NCBI GenBank assembly: GCA_965243645.1
Contig: CBDEVD010000005.1
Coordinates: forward strand, 23,258 to 87,257
Direction of reading: 5' to 3'
Origin: Arenicellales bacterium
Lineage (GTDB): Bacteria; Pseudomonadota; Gammaproteobacteria; Arenicellales; JAJDZL01
DNA length: 64,000 nucleotides
Both the position numbers and the translations under genes were made by a program. Shown here in pieces: positions 21,182-31,134 of this stretch (its first letter is position 1; each line of letters starts with the position of its first letter). Below the pieces are notes generated by a model that was given only the letters and a program-made list of their open reading frames with translations, had not been told where the DNA came from and made no database searches.

Positions 21182-22264
21182 TTAGTTGGCTATTTGAACT
21201 GCGTATCCTTCTGTCGCACCGGGTACCGGGCCGATAACAATGCCATCCGCCGTATCGAACGATTCGACAGCCCAGTCTGAGTCGGAATAGCCGATTGAAT
21301 CAGGAACGTAAGAACTTAAGGAGCCGTTTTTCACAACCCAGACTTTATTGCTGGATTGCACGGCAGAATGGGGCAGCACAAATACATTGTCGTAGTTTGG
21401 TCCATCAAGCACAATTTCAGCAAACATTCCAGGGAACAGGAAAGTGTCGTTTATTGCTTCGTCAGGAAGTTCAAGAAAAATCGGAATGAGGCGCGTCTCA
21501 GGTTTGACCAATGAAGACACGCGCTTGATTGCTGCTTCGAACCTTTTTTCTCCAACTGTTACAGTCGCACTTGCACCAATTAGCGGGTCAATTTTCTCCA
21601 GCAGTTCGGGTTCAATAGAAGCAGATACCTGGAGTGCCTCGGGTCGATAGCCGACCGCTAAAACCGCAGCTTCCCGACCCATGTAATCAACAGGGCCAAC
21701 CAACTCACCAACTTCGACCCCTGCCCGGGTAACTCGAATAGCGTACGGCAGAGACAGTTCGGTTTGAGCCAGTTTGAGTTTGGCTAACTCTAAACGGGTT
21801 TGCAGCAATTCAACACGAAGCACGTCTGCTTCAGAATCAGAACCTTTCAGTTTGGCCAAATCCAACCGCGCTTGTGCTTCATCCACACGCAATTGGTATT
21901 CTGCAGGGTCAATCCTAAGAAAAACTTCGTTTGCCGAGATTACCCCGCCACCGACCAACTTCTCTGACACCCATAAAACCCGGCCGCGCGCTTCGGAAAT
22001 AATAAAAACCCGGTCTTGGAGCGTAACGTTTCCTGTGAGTTTGACGGGCAAAGCAAACGACGTCGCTGCGGGTCTAATCACTTCAACAACAGGGCTGATA
22101 ACCTGAACCTCGGAGACCGTCCCGAAATCCTGTCCAATTTGACTGGGTGCTCTGGCAAATATGAGGGCAACAATAATGACCGCAACGATCAGTACGAGTT
22201 GCAGGTACCCCGCAAAGGGTGTGCTAGCACCTTGATTTTCAGTATGATCTGATCCCTGAGCCAT
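21182..22264 (-). CDS. RND efflux periplasmic adaptor (membrane fusion protein)
   Basis: 360 aa with an N-terminal TM anchor, a coiled-coil hairpin (QARLDLAKL...RLELAKLKLAQ) and beta-barrel domains. Lies immediately upstream of the RND pump. Confidence 0.8.
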   Translation of the reverse strand: MAQGSDHTENQGASTPFAGYLQLVLIVAVIIVALIFARAPSQIGQDFGTVSEVQVISPVVEVIRPAATSFALPVKLTGNVTLQDRVFIISEARGRVLWVSEKLVGGGVISANEVFLRIDPAEYQLRVDEAQARLDLAKLKGSDSEADVLRVELLQTRLELAKLKLAQTELSLPYAIRVTRAGVEVGELVGPVDYMGREAAVLAVGYRPEALQVSASIEPELLEKIDPLIGASATVTVGEKRFEAAIKRVSSLVKPETRLIPIFLELPDEAINDTFLFPGMFAEIVLDGPNYDNVFVLPHSAVQSSNKVWVVKNGSLSSYVPDSIGYSDSDWAVESFDTADGIVIGPVPGATEGYAVQIAN

Positions 22265-22389
22265 TAATCTAATTGTCTGCCAAAAGACTAATTCTGAGTT
22301 TCCTTTTTAATGGCATTATAGTACGCTAGCTGACACTCGAAAAAAATGTAACATTATCAAATCAATGCTGCGCCGACACTCTGTGCAGA

Positions 22390-22803
22390 TTATTGTCCAA
22401 TCGGTTGATTTAACTCAATTCGGTATCCGTTTGGATCTTTGATAAAGGCGATCACTCGAGTGCCGCCTTTCATTGGACCCGGTTCGCGTACGAATTCAAC
22501 ACCCTGCGATTTTAAATACTCTGAGGTCGCATAGACATCCGACACTTTCAGTGCCAGGTGTCCCCAGGCGTTGCCCATATCATAAGGCTCTTGCTGGTCC
22601 CAGTTGTACGTCATTTCAATGGTGGTTCCTTCATCCTCGCCCTGGTAACCGATGAAAGTATTGGTAAATCGACCTTCGGGATATTCATTCTGACGCAATA
22701 TTTTCATACCCAGAATGCGGGTGTAAAAATCCAAAGTTTTTTCCTGGTCAAAGATTCGAATCATGGTGTGGTCAAGTCGAAAGTCAGGCTTCTGACCGCT
22801 CAT
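22390..22803 (-). CDS. gloA: Lactoylglutathione lyase (glyoxalase I)
   Basis: HTMIRIFDQEKTLDFYTRILGMK...TTIEMTYNW...GNAWGHLALKV...GGTRVIAFIKDPNGYRIEL, a close match in pattern to GloA. Confidence 0.85.
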   Translation of the reverse strand: MSGQKPDFRLDHTMIRIFDQEKTLDFYTRILGMKILRQNEYPEGRFTNTFIGYQGEDEGTTIEMTYNWDQQEPYDMGNAWGHLALKVSDVYATSEYLKSQGVEFVREPGPMKGGTRVIAFIKDPNGYRIELNQPIGQ

Positions 22804-22818
22804 TGTTTACCTCCTAAA

Positions 22819-23943
22819 TTAAGCTTGTTGTAGCGCCGGCCGCAGCGCGGCAGCCACGAGTTCTTGAAATCTACGCACGCTGTTTTCCCAGTGTGGTGAT
22901 AACACACCACCGAATTCAGCAAGCGGCGAGTGCCGCCCTTGTTGCAGTCGTACGCACATTTCATGATCTTCCAGGTGAACGCTGTGCCAAAGCTCCGCGA
23001 TATCGTTAACCTGCACGTCACTGTAACTGGAATCTTTGTGAACGTAGATCACCCGCTTTTGGTCCGTGCATTCAGCACCTAGCGGCGTATGTAAATAGAC
23101 CCCAATCTGGTCTGGCTGGTATGTGCCCAGCACGAAATTGGGAAACAAAGTCAGGTAGTGCGAAGTCACGCCCAGTGTGCCCACGCGCACCTTGGCAAAC
23201 TGTTTCTCACCCAACTCAACCGCACTGCCGAGACAGTGCTCGTCGACCACAGTATAGTGGTTTTCCAATGGCTGATCGGTTGTATTTCGATGGACGAACT
23301 GAACATGGTAAGGTTCAATAAAGTTCTCCATCAATAACTTCCAGTTGCACGCGACCGCACCAAATTCCAACGTCGCAACCGGCTCAAATTCGGTGATATC
23401 ATTGGCGCCCAACTGGCGCTTTATGGGTGCGAGAAAATCTTCAAAAGAACTGGGCTCGGGTGCTAAATTGACAAAAATCCAGTCATGCCAGACTTCACAT
23501 CGAACCGGTCGCAAACTGTTGTCCTCATAGCGAAAATCAGCCGGCAATTCGCGAATGCCACCGCCAAAATAAGGCGCATTCTTCAGTGCCCCACAAAGAT
23601 CGTAACTCCAACTGTGGTACGGGCAGCGAATCAATCGACCCGTATTGCTGTCCGCATCAATCAACTTCAGATTGCGGTGGCGGCAGGCATTGTGAAATGC
23701 CGATATTGTTCCGTCCGGACCCCGCAATAGGAATAGGGGTAAACCACCCACCTCAATCGGGCGCGCATCACCCTCATTCTCCATTTGGTGCGCATAGCCG
23801 ACAAATATCCAGTTACCGCCAAACAACTGGGATTGCTCGAGTCGATAAAGATCGTTATCCGTGTAGGCTTGTCCGGGTAAGCCATGCAGCGTTTCACCCG
23901 TCTTATCAAAATGTTCCAACAACGTTGAGTAGGACTGTAACAC
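22819..23943 (-). CDS. Rieske [2Fe-2S] non-heme-iron oxygenase, alpha-subunit type
   Basis: Rieske motif CRHRNLKL...CPYHSWSY. The C-terminal catalytic domain contains EPYHVQFVH. Confidence 0.8.
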   Translation of the reverse strand: MLQSYSTLLEHFDKTGETLHGLPGQAYTDNDLYRLEQSQLFGGNWIFVGYAHQMENEGDARPIEVGGLPLFLLRGPDGTISAFHNACRHRNLKLIDADSNTGRLIRCPYHSWSYDLCGALKNAPYFGGGIRELPADFRYEDNSLRPVRCEVWHDWIFVNLAPEPSSFEDFLAPIKRQLGANDITEFEPVATLEFGAVACNWKLLMENFIEPYHVQFVHRNTTDQPLENHYTVVDEHCLGSAVELGEKQFAKVRVGTLGVTSHYLTLFPNFVLGTYQPDQIGVYLHTPLGAECTDQKRVIYVHKDSSYSDVQVNDIAELWHSVHLEDHEMCVRLQQGRHSPLAEFGGVLSPHWENSVRRFQELVAAALRPALQQA

Positions 23944-24007
23944 ACATACCTCCCAAGAGCTACTTGAATTCGTATGAAATTACGTATTCCGCAAATATTT
24001 CGCCTGA

Positions 24008-24030
24008 TATTTTGCATTATCTGCAAAATA
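24008..24030. promoter_or_regulatory. Palindrome TATTTTGCA-ttatc-TGCAAAATA in the divergent Rieske/Lrp intergenic region; candidate regulator-binding site
   Basis: Read directly, in an AT-rich context. The function is inferred only from position. Confidence 0.3.
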
Positions 24031-24090
24031 ATTTGCTATTTTTTATTTTTTCGTTAATAATCCAACAATATTTTTCACGAAACCATAATT

Positions 24091-24594
24091 ATGGCATCGA
24101 TGGCCGATCAACCCGACAAGATGAAGTGGAACGGCATTGCCTCATTAGACAACAGTTTGAATCGAGAAATTGTCAAACTGCTGCAAAATGATGGCCGTCA
24201 ACCTTACCGCGACATCGCCAAAGCACTCAATGTATCAGAAGGTACAGTACGCAACCGGGTGCAATCGATGAAACAGGCGGGGGCCCTCAGAATTGTCGCA
24301 TTGGTCGACCCAACTGAAGTTCGTTACGAAGCTGATGCCATGATTGGCGTCAAGGTTGCGTCGGGATACTCCGTGGAACAGGTCTCAGAGCGACTGAGTG
24401 AATCACCCGATGTTGTCTATATCCTGTGGGTCAGCGGCCGTTATGATCTGCTGGTCGAAATCGTCACCAACGATCGGCGCGGCCTGCATGATTTTCTGGA
24501 AAGAGAAATTCACACGCAGCCGGATATCGCATCGAGCGAAACGATGGCGGGGCTGAAAAATTTCAAGAACCAATTTTTACTGAAGTACAACTGA
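24091..24594 (+). CDS. Lrp/AsnC-family transcriptional regulator
   Basis: N-terminal wHTH (LDNSLNREIVKLLQNDGRQPYRDIAKALNVSEGTVRNRV) plus a C-terminal RAM/AsnC_trans_reg domain. Confidence 0.85.
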   Translation: MASMADQPDKMKWNGIASLDNSLNREIVKLLQNDGRQPYRDIAKALNVSEGTVRNRVQSMKQAGALRIVALVDPTEVRYEADAMIGVKVASGYSVEQVSERLSESPDVVYILWVSGRYDLLVEIVTNDRRGLHDFLEREIHTQPDIASSETMAGLKNFKNQFLLKYN

Positions 24595-24644
24595 ACTACA
24601 ACCGACAATCTTTTGAATCGATCTAATGTCAAGGAGAATCGTCA

Positions 24645-26060
24645 ATGACAACTTACATTGAAAACTTTAACGATGCGTTGCCCTCAGATACTCGCATAGC
24701 CGAAGTTCGCAAGCAACTTGAAGACGCGGGCGTCAAGTACGTCCTGTCGAGCTGGATTGACCTTTTTGGAATCCCCAAAACCAAACCGGTCCCGATGAGT
24801 GATTTCGAGCTGCTTTGCAAAGGTAAGGGTCCGCAGTTCGCGGTGCATTCGATCTCATTTGTACCGGAGTTGACACCCGCTGATTCTGATCAGATCATGG
24901 TTCCTGATCTTGATGCCGTTTACATCTGTCCCTGGGACAACAGCATGGCAATCATATTCGCGGATCTGTTCTGGGAAGGCAAGCCTTACGATCACTGCCC
25001 TCGTCAGGCACTGAAACGGGCAATTCGCGATGCGGAGCAGGCCGGGTACGTCGGCTACGCAGGCATTGAACCGGAATTCATCGCCATGCGCTACGACGAG
25101 GACGGCAATCCGGTCAAGGCCATTGACAATGACCCGCAAGATGGCATTCGCCCCCGTCGCCAGGCGTTTGGCTATGACGTCGAGTATTCCCTGGACTCCA
25201 TGCCTTTTTTCAAGGATATGATCGACATTCTCGAGGATCTTGGCTGGAACCTGCACGATGTTGTAGCCGAAGGTGCGTACTCGCAGTTTGAACTCGATTT
25301 CCACTACACCAACCTGCTGGAGATGGCCGACCGACTGGTGTTCTTGCGCATACTGCTCAAGGAAATCGCCAAACAACACGATATGTTCATCACGTTCATG
25401 CCCAAACCCACAATTGGCGACTGGCGGTCCGGTGCACATATTAATTTCTCCTTGCAGTCAGTTGACCAACCCGGTGAAAACCTGTTCGGCTCAAACGAAA
25501 CAGGTTGGACTGAAACGGTGCGGCACGCAGTAGGCGGTCTTATGAAGCACGCCGATGCACTGACGGCGATTACGTGTACAACCGTGAACTCCTACAATGG
25601 TTTGGTGCCCAGGGTAGGCGGATTTGAAGGCGGCACCGTGACTTGGGCACCGACCAACATTACGTACGGACATAACAACCGTTCTGCGCAGTTTCGATTG
25701 CCGCAAAGCCGATTTTGCATTGAAAATCGTGCGGCCGATATGTGCATGAATGTTTACTTAGGCCTGGCGATGACTCTGAAAGCCGCGCTCAAGGGCATCG
25801 TCAACAAAATCGATCCTGGCGCCGCAACCGATCGCGACCTGTACCAGATGACCAACCAGGAATTGCAGGACGCAGGCATTCGCCGCCTGCCACGCAATCT
25901 TAGTGCAGCAATCGAAGCCCTGGGAAAAGACGATCTGGCTGGGGAGGTCATGGGCGAAGGCATGCGTCGATCCTATACTGCATACAAGGTCGATGAATGG
26001 GAACGATACCATCAGGCCGTTACCGACTGGGAGGTGCAGGAGTATTTACGGCTCTACTAA
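24645..26060 (+). CDS. Glutamine synthetase-family ligase (probable gamma-glutamyl-amine synthetase)
   Basis: 471 aa. GS beta-grasp (DLFGIPKTKPVP) and catalytic-domain motifs (GIEPEFI, EGAYSQFELDF, KPTIGDWRSGAHINFSL, NRSAQFRLP). Confidence 0.8.
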   Translation: MTTYIENFNDALPSDTRIAEVRKQLEDAGVKYVLSSWIDLFGIPKTKPVPMSDFELLCKGKGPQFAVHSISFVPELTPADSDQIMVPDLDAVYICPWDNSMAIIFADLFWEGKPYDHCPRQALKRAIRDAEQAGYVGYAGIEPEFIAMRYDEDGNPVKAIDNDPQDGIRPRRQAFGYDVEYSLDSMPFFKDMIDILEDLGWNLHDVVAEGAYSQFELDFHYTNLLEMADRLVFLRILLKEIAKQHDMFITFMPKPTIGDWRSGAHINFSLQSVDQPGENLFGSNETGWTETVRHAVGGLMKHADALTAITCTTVNSYNGLVPRVGGFEGGTVTWAPTNITYGHNNRSAQFRLPQSRFCIENRAADMCMNVYLGLAMTLKAALKGIVNKIDPGAATDRDLYQMTNQELQDAGIRRLPRNLSAAIEALGKDDLAGEVMGEGMRRSYTAYKVDEWERYHQAVTDWEVQEYLRLY

Positions 26061-26200
26061 CCTACAAATCAATGGACTGAGCGTCGCGCGACCCTGCAGA
26101 CGAAGGGCAGAAATGCGATATCTACCGGAAACGCATGTCGTATTCATGATGACTTTGGATACCGATGTGATGCCGGTATTGCTGCGTCATCCAGGCTGTC

Positions 26201-27049
26201 ATGCCTAATGAAACGCTGAATCAAGACATGGCTGCGGCACCACTGAATGGGGGCCGTAAGGACCGGTTGTTTGAATTCAACCGCCCCATCTCGCTGGGGA
26301 GCACACTGATTTTAGGATTTTCTGCCTGGTGTGCTTTTTTCGGGCTGTGGGAACTGGCAGTATTGATGAAACTGACCAATGCAGTGCTGTTGCCGGGACC
26401 GGTAACAGTACTGACAAGTTTTGTTGAGCTCTTTACTGAGAAAAACTACCTCGTCGATATTGGCTTCAGTCTCTATCGCATATTGGTCAGCTTTTTTCTG
26501 GCATGTCTACTCGCAGTGCCACTCGGCATACTGATGGGAACGTTTAAACGGGTCGAAGCATTCTTTAATCCGCTGGTTTCCGCATTTCGGTATCTGCCGG
26601 CACCATCGTTTATCCCATTGCTGCTGATGTGGCTTGGTGCTGGAGAAGAACAAAAACTGGCCTTGCTGTTTCTTGGCGTCGTGTGGTTTCTGATTACATT
26701 GATCATGGATTATGCGAAATCCTTGCCCGCGGACTTCATTAACTCAGCGCTCACGCTGGGCGGTAATCGCTGGCAGGTTTTGTGGACCGTGATCGTCCCG
26801 GCGATGCTGCCAAATATTGTGACTGCGATGCGACAAATGCTTGCCGTCAGTTGGACTTATCTGGTAATCGCAGAAATCATTGCAGCAGACTCCGGTATTG
26901 GTGCGATGATGATGCGGGCCAAGCGTTTTGTTCATATCGATGAGATTATGGCAGGTATTATTACCATCGGACTACTGGGGTTGATCTTCGACATTGTGCT
27001 ACGCCAAATGCGGCGCGTTTTGTTCCCCTATCTGGATGATCGCGATTGA
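26201..27049 (+). CDS. ABC transporter permease (NitT/TauT-like)
   Basis: Six-TM BPD_transp_1 pattern with an EAA-like loop (ALTLGGNRWQVLWTVIVPAMLP). Confidence 0.8.
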   Translation: MPNETLNQDMAAAPLNGGRKDRLFEFNRPISLGSTLILGFSAWCAFFGLWELAVLMKLTNAVLLPGPVTVLTSFVELFTEKNYLVDIGFSLYRILVSFFLACLLAVPLGILMGTFKRVEAFFNPLVSAFRYLPAPSFIPLLLMWLGAGEEQKLALLFLGVVWFLITLIMDYAKSLPADFINSALTLGGNRWQVLWTVIVPAMLPNIVTAMRQMLAVSWTYLVIAEIIAADSGIGAMMMRAKRFVHIDEIMAGIITIGLLGLIFDIVLRQMRRVLFPYLDDRD

Positions 27050-27156
27050 TTTCATAACACTGACATTAAAGACTTGAAAAGACTACACTAATATTTCACA
27101 ATCGGCATATCAATGTGCCGTGTAATCATTGTCAACAACTTGAACGGAGGAAGGAA

Positions 27157-28209
27157 ATGTCCATCAAGAAATTAGCGATTCGACTAGTCATCGCATCCTC
27201 GTTAATATTGGCCTGGGTGTCACCACTGCAGGCGGCCGAAGAAGTCAAAATTTCCGGATTCACCTGGCCGGGATACGGTTTCTGGTTTATCGCAAAGGAA
27301 AAGAACCTGGCACCCAACCTGGAAATCGACTACCAAACCATCGAAGACCCATATGAAAGCTATAACCTGGTAACGGCGGACCAGATGGATGTGGTTTCCA
27401 GTACGATTGAATTCTCGCCCATCGCCGCGGAACGGAATATGCCACTCAAACTGGTGTCCTTCGGTAACCTGTCCTATGGCACCGACAAAATCATTGTTGG
27501 CCCGGGAATTGATGGCCCTGCCGATCTTGCCGGGGAAAAGGTCGCCGTGGTCGAAGGCGGATTAGCACAAATTTATGTGGCCATGTGGTTGGAGCGCAAT
27601 GGTTTTCCATTCGACTCGGTCCAATACACCAATATCATCGCTGACGATGCATTCGCAGCCATGATCGGAGGTGATGTCGTGGCATCTGAATTCTGGGAGC
27701 CTTACGGCAGCAACGTGCTCAAAGCCCTTGAAGGATCGAAAGCTCTATCCCATTCGCGCGAAGACTACTGGACTTCACAGGCTGTGCTATCGGACGGTCT
27801 TTACATGAACACCAAGTTTATCGAAGAGCGACGTGACGTTGCGCTCGATACCGTGCGAGCACTGTATGATGCCATTTCATGGTGGAAGGAAAATCCAACC
27901 GAAGGCAATGAGATCATCGCCAAAGGTATGAAGATGAGCGTTGCAGATGTCGAACTTGTCATCGGTAAGGATGGCTCCCGTGTCGATGGCGGACTCTATG
28001 TCTATGATTTTATGGAAGCTGCTCGGTTTTGTGGTGCTGCACCGGGTGATCCACCATTCAACCAGTCCAATGGGCAGATGCGAGATCATTACGATCTGAT
28101 GAGCGACTGGTGGTTGAAATTCGGGTTCCTGGAAGAACGCAATCCGTTCGAGAAAGGTGTGGACTGCGGTCTGCTGAAGGAACTCCACGATAGTGGCTAT
28201 CGAGGCTGA
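27157..28209 (+). CDS. ABC transporter periplasmic substrate-binding protein (NMT1/TauA-like)
   Basis: Signal peptide MSIKKLAIRLVIASSLILAWVSPLQA. GGAGGAAGG lies upstream of the ATG at 27157. Sits between the permease and ATPase genes. Confidence 0.7.
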   Translation: MSIKKLAIRLVIASSLILAWVSPLQAAEEVKISGFTWPGYGFWFIAKEKNLAPNLEIDYQTIEDPYESYNLVTADQMDVVSSTIEFSPIAAERNMPLKLVSFGNLSYGTDKIIVGPGIDGPADLAGEKVAVVEGGLAQIYVAMWLERNGFPFDSVQYTNIIADDAFAAMIGGDVVASEFWEPYGSNVLKALEGSKALSHSREDYWTSQAVLSDGLYMNTKFIEERRDVALDTVRALYDAISWWKENPTEGNEIIAKGMKMSVADVELVIGKDGSRVDGGLYVYDFMEAARFCGAAPGDPPFNQSNGQMRDHYDLMSDWWLKFGFLEERNPFEKGVDCGLLKELHDSGYRG

Positions 28210-28289
28210 CTCAATGTTGGTGCGGGCAAGGAATTCATCTCGCCCGCACCTGCTTCAAACCTGATCACGGTTCTGGGTCACAGGCGGCT

Positions 28290-29084
28290 ATGTCACAACG
28301 CGACCGACTGGAATTGGACCAAGTATCCAAGACCTATACGGTCAGGCGCGGTGAAAATGTGCTCGCGGTCAGTGACATCTCCTTTCGTGTCGTCGACAAT
28401 GAGGTCTGTGTACTTCTCGGCCCATCGGGTTGTGGTAAAACGACCGTTCTACACATGATGGCGGGACTGGTTCGTCCGTCTGCCGGACAACTGAGTCTCG
28501 ATGGTAAATTGATCGATGGTCCAAGTCGGGATCGCGGCATGGTTTTTCAGAGCTACACTTCGTTTCCATGGCTGACTGTCGAACAAAACGTTGAATATGG
28601 TATGCGACTGAACAAGGTGCCAGTCGCTGAACGGCGTGAACGGGTCGACTTTTTTATCAATAAAGTGAAGCTGTCTCGGTTTAGGAACGCCTACCCAAAA
28701 CAATTATCAGGCGGGATGAAACAGCGCGTCGCCATTGCCCGTATGCTGGCCAATGCACCGGCGATTTCACTCATGGATGAACCTTTTGGGGCACTGGATG
28801 CAGAAACTCGCTGGCATATGCAGGAGTTGCTGCTCGACATCATCAACGATACGCAAATGACGGCTGTATTGGTAACCCACGATATTCCCGAAGCGCTGTT
28901 TCTTGCTGACCGCATTGTGTTCCTGTCGAGTCACCCGGGCAGAATCCGGGAAATTCTGGCTATGGAATTCAAGCAAGGGCGCCGAATTCCGAGTAAGGAG
29001 GAACTGATCGAAACGCCGGGCTATGTCGAGATTGAGCGTGAAATTTTGCACATGATGCGCGAAGAAGCAAGCAGCGACGAATAA
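28290..29084 (+). CDS. ABC transporter ATP-binding protein
   Basis: Walker A GPSGCGKTT, signature LSGGMKQR, Walker B SLMDEPFGALD, H-loop VTHD. Confidence 0.9.
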   Translation: MSQRDRLELDQVSKTYTVRRGENVLAVSDISFRVVDNEVCVLLGPSGCGKTTVLHMMAGLVRPSAGQLSLDGKLIDGPSRDRGMVFQSYTSFPWLTVEQNVEYGMRLNKVPVAERRERVDFFINKVKLSRFRNAYPKQLSGGMKQRVAIARMLANAPAISLMDEPFGALDAETRWHMQELLLDIINDTQMTAVLVTHDIPEALFLADRIVFLSSHPGRIREILAMEFKQGRRIPSKEELIETPGYVEIEREILHMMREEASSDE

Positions 29085-29125
29085 GCACACTCCCAGACAA
29101 CAAACCGATTACCCAGTTAATAACG

Positions 29126-30136
29126 ATGACTGCTGACTACCAAGTATTTGAACTAGGTGACTTTGAACTGCAGTACGGCACAGTACTGTCAAGTGCGAAA
29201 CTCGCCTACAAAACGTACGGTGAACTCAATATAAACCGGGACAACGTGGTATTGCTGCCGACGTTTTACACCGGTAGCCACATGCGCAACGAAGGGTTTT
29301 TTGGTGCCGGTCGCGCAATTGATCCGAATCGACATTTCATTGTTTCGGTTAATCTTTTCGGTAACGGTATTTCCTCATCGCCCAGCAATGCGGCAGCACC
29401 CTACATGGGGGCAGCCTTTCCTGTGATCACTCTTTATGATAACGTTCGGGCTCAATACCAATTACTAACCGAAGTACTTGGCATCGATCAACTCGCGCTG
29501 GTGACCGGTTGGTCAATGGCGGGCTGCCAGTCATTTCAGTGGGGCGCTCAATATCCCGAATTTGTCAATGCAATTTTGCCGTTTTGCGGGTCGGCAAAAA
29601 CATCGGAACATAACATCGTTTTCCTGGAAGGTGTAAAAGCTGCATTAACCGCCGATTCTGTCTATGACGGTGGTAACTATCAATCACCGCCGACCAAGGG
29701 ACTCAAAGCATTCGGGCGCGTCTATGCAGGCTGGGCGTTCTCACAAACCTTTTATCGTGAGCAAATGTATCGACTCAAGGGCTTCAACACTGCAGAAGAA
29801 TTGCTGCAGGACTGGGAGCAGGATCATTTGGATTGGGATGCAAATGATTTATTGTGTAAGTTAAAGACCTGGCAACTCGGTGACATCAGCGCCCAACCCC
29901 TTTACGATGGTAACTTTACAGCAGCACTCAATGCAATTGAAGCGAAATCCATTGTCATCGCCTGCGACAACGATCTTTATTTCCGTCCCGAAGACAATCA
30001 GATTGAAATCGAACATATTCCCAATGGTGAGTTGCGTGTTTACGAATCACCGTGGGGACATTGCGTTGCGTCACCGGGCAACGATCCTGAATTCGAACGG
30101 TATTTGGACCAAGCGATTCGCGAACTGATCGACTGA
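29126..30136 (+). CDS. MetX (homoserine O-acetyltransferase)-like alpha/beta hydrolase
   Basis: 336 aa. The nucleophile elbow GWSMAG and the overall MetX-like pattern (...LLPTFYTGSH...). Substrate unknown. Confidence 0.6.
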   Translation: MTADYQVFELGDFELQYGTVLSSAKLAYKTYGELNINRDNVVLLPTFYTGSHMRNEGFFGAGRAIDPNRHFIVSVNLFGNGISSSPSNAAAPYMGAAFPVITLYDNVRAQYQLLTEVLGIDQLALVTGWSMAGCQSFQWGAQYPEFVNAILPFCGSAKTSEHNIVFLEGVKAALTADSVYDGGNYQSPPTKGLKAFGRVYAGWAFSQTFYREQMYRLKGFNTAEELLQDWEQDHLDWDANDLLCKLKTWQLGDISAQPLYDGNFTAALNAIEAKSIVIACDNDLYFRPEDNQIEIEHIPNGELRVYESPWGHCVASPGNDPEFERYLDQAIRELID

Positions 30137-30277
30137 ACGGCATAGCGCCTGCGCATAGCGTAATACTTCCTGCACCAGACTTAAACGAAATCAATACGTA
30201 AAGTTCATATTTTCAACCTGGCATCCTTGATGTTATTTACACAGACGGGAAAATCAATCGAATTTACAAATGGTGCA

Positions 30278-30715
30278 CTAATCAGCTACGGCAAGATGCA
30301 TTTGCGTCACACAGCTTGCAATAAGGTCTCCCACGACCTCTGAAACAGCACTATCCCCTGGCGGTAAGCCGAGAATTAGTGCGTGCGATGGGTCAGCATC
30401 GGAAATGTCTGTTGCTTCAAGTGGGTCGCGAACTACCTTCAAAGAACCCTGTCCCTCCGTCAAGCAATTCTTGACCGCTTCAATATTTAATTTTGCAAAT
30501 CATCCATTAGGACTCCGCTTTAAACGACACAAACGTCGCACTTCGTTAAGTTGCAAGTGCTTTTCCAAATTAAACGCCCCAAGCCAATTCGTAGACAACC
30601 CCATCTCATCGGTTTGGCCGACGCGTAGCTGAAAATTCGAGCCACCTGCAATTCCATCATCCCCAATCAGAATTGGTTTGATATAGCGAACGATCTGCTC
30701 CGTTCCTGGTAGGAT
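30278..30715 (-). pseudogene. Unknown ~145-codon ORF with an in-frame TGA (30500-30502) and no canonical start
   Basis: One frame reads ILPGTEQIVRYIKPILIGDDGIAGG...LKRSPNG*FAKLNIEAVKNCLTEGQGSLKVV...MHLAVAD. It begins 6 nt after the stop of the upstream ORF. No family recognised. Confidence 0.4.
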
Positions 30716-30723
30716 TTACCCTT

Positions 30724-31134
30724 TCATTCATACAGTAAAGAGTCTATTTTCGAAGCTTCGATTTGATGCTGAATTCCGTCAAGATGATCTGTTCCATGGG
30801 TATAGGCAATAGGCTGTCCAAGTTCGCGCCGGTTTAAGAACACATACTGAATCATTTCCTCTCCAAGGAACTGTAATCCCAATTGTGTGTCCTGACCATC
30901 TCGCCAAATCAATCGAAGATTACCGTTCTCCAATAACACGAGAATACCTTTTCTAATATTCGGCATCGAATTCACGAATTTCTTGAAATCTTGATGGGAG
31001 CGGTTATTAAGCATACAGTTTTCAAATGCTGCTTCATTTTTTAGATACTCCAATCGACTTAAATACATTTCGTACGGCGCAGATGGATTGAGCTGTCCGG
31101 CGCTGGGATTAGAGTTCATTGATACGGGGTCCAA
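30724..31134 (-). CDS. Hypothetical protein (about 130 aa), family not recognised
   Basis: Open frame with a TTG start (31134) or ATG start (31119). It has coding-like composition, and a second ORF follows 6 nt after its stop. Confidence 0.45.
   Translation of the reverse strand: MDPVSMNSNPSAGQLNPSAPYEMYLSRLEYLKNEAAFENCMLNNRSHQDFKKFVNSMPNIRKGILVLLENGNLRLIWRDGQDTQLGLQFLGEEMIQYVFLNRRELGQPIAYTHGTDHLDGIQHQIEASKIDSLLYE

Noticed and set aside
18460-21280. Many 60-160 aa plus-strand ORFs (for example 19756-20211, 20212-20697, 20586-21038)
   Set aside because: They are antisense shadow ORFs inside the RND pump gene, with low-complexity S/T/R-rich translations.
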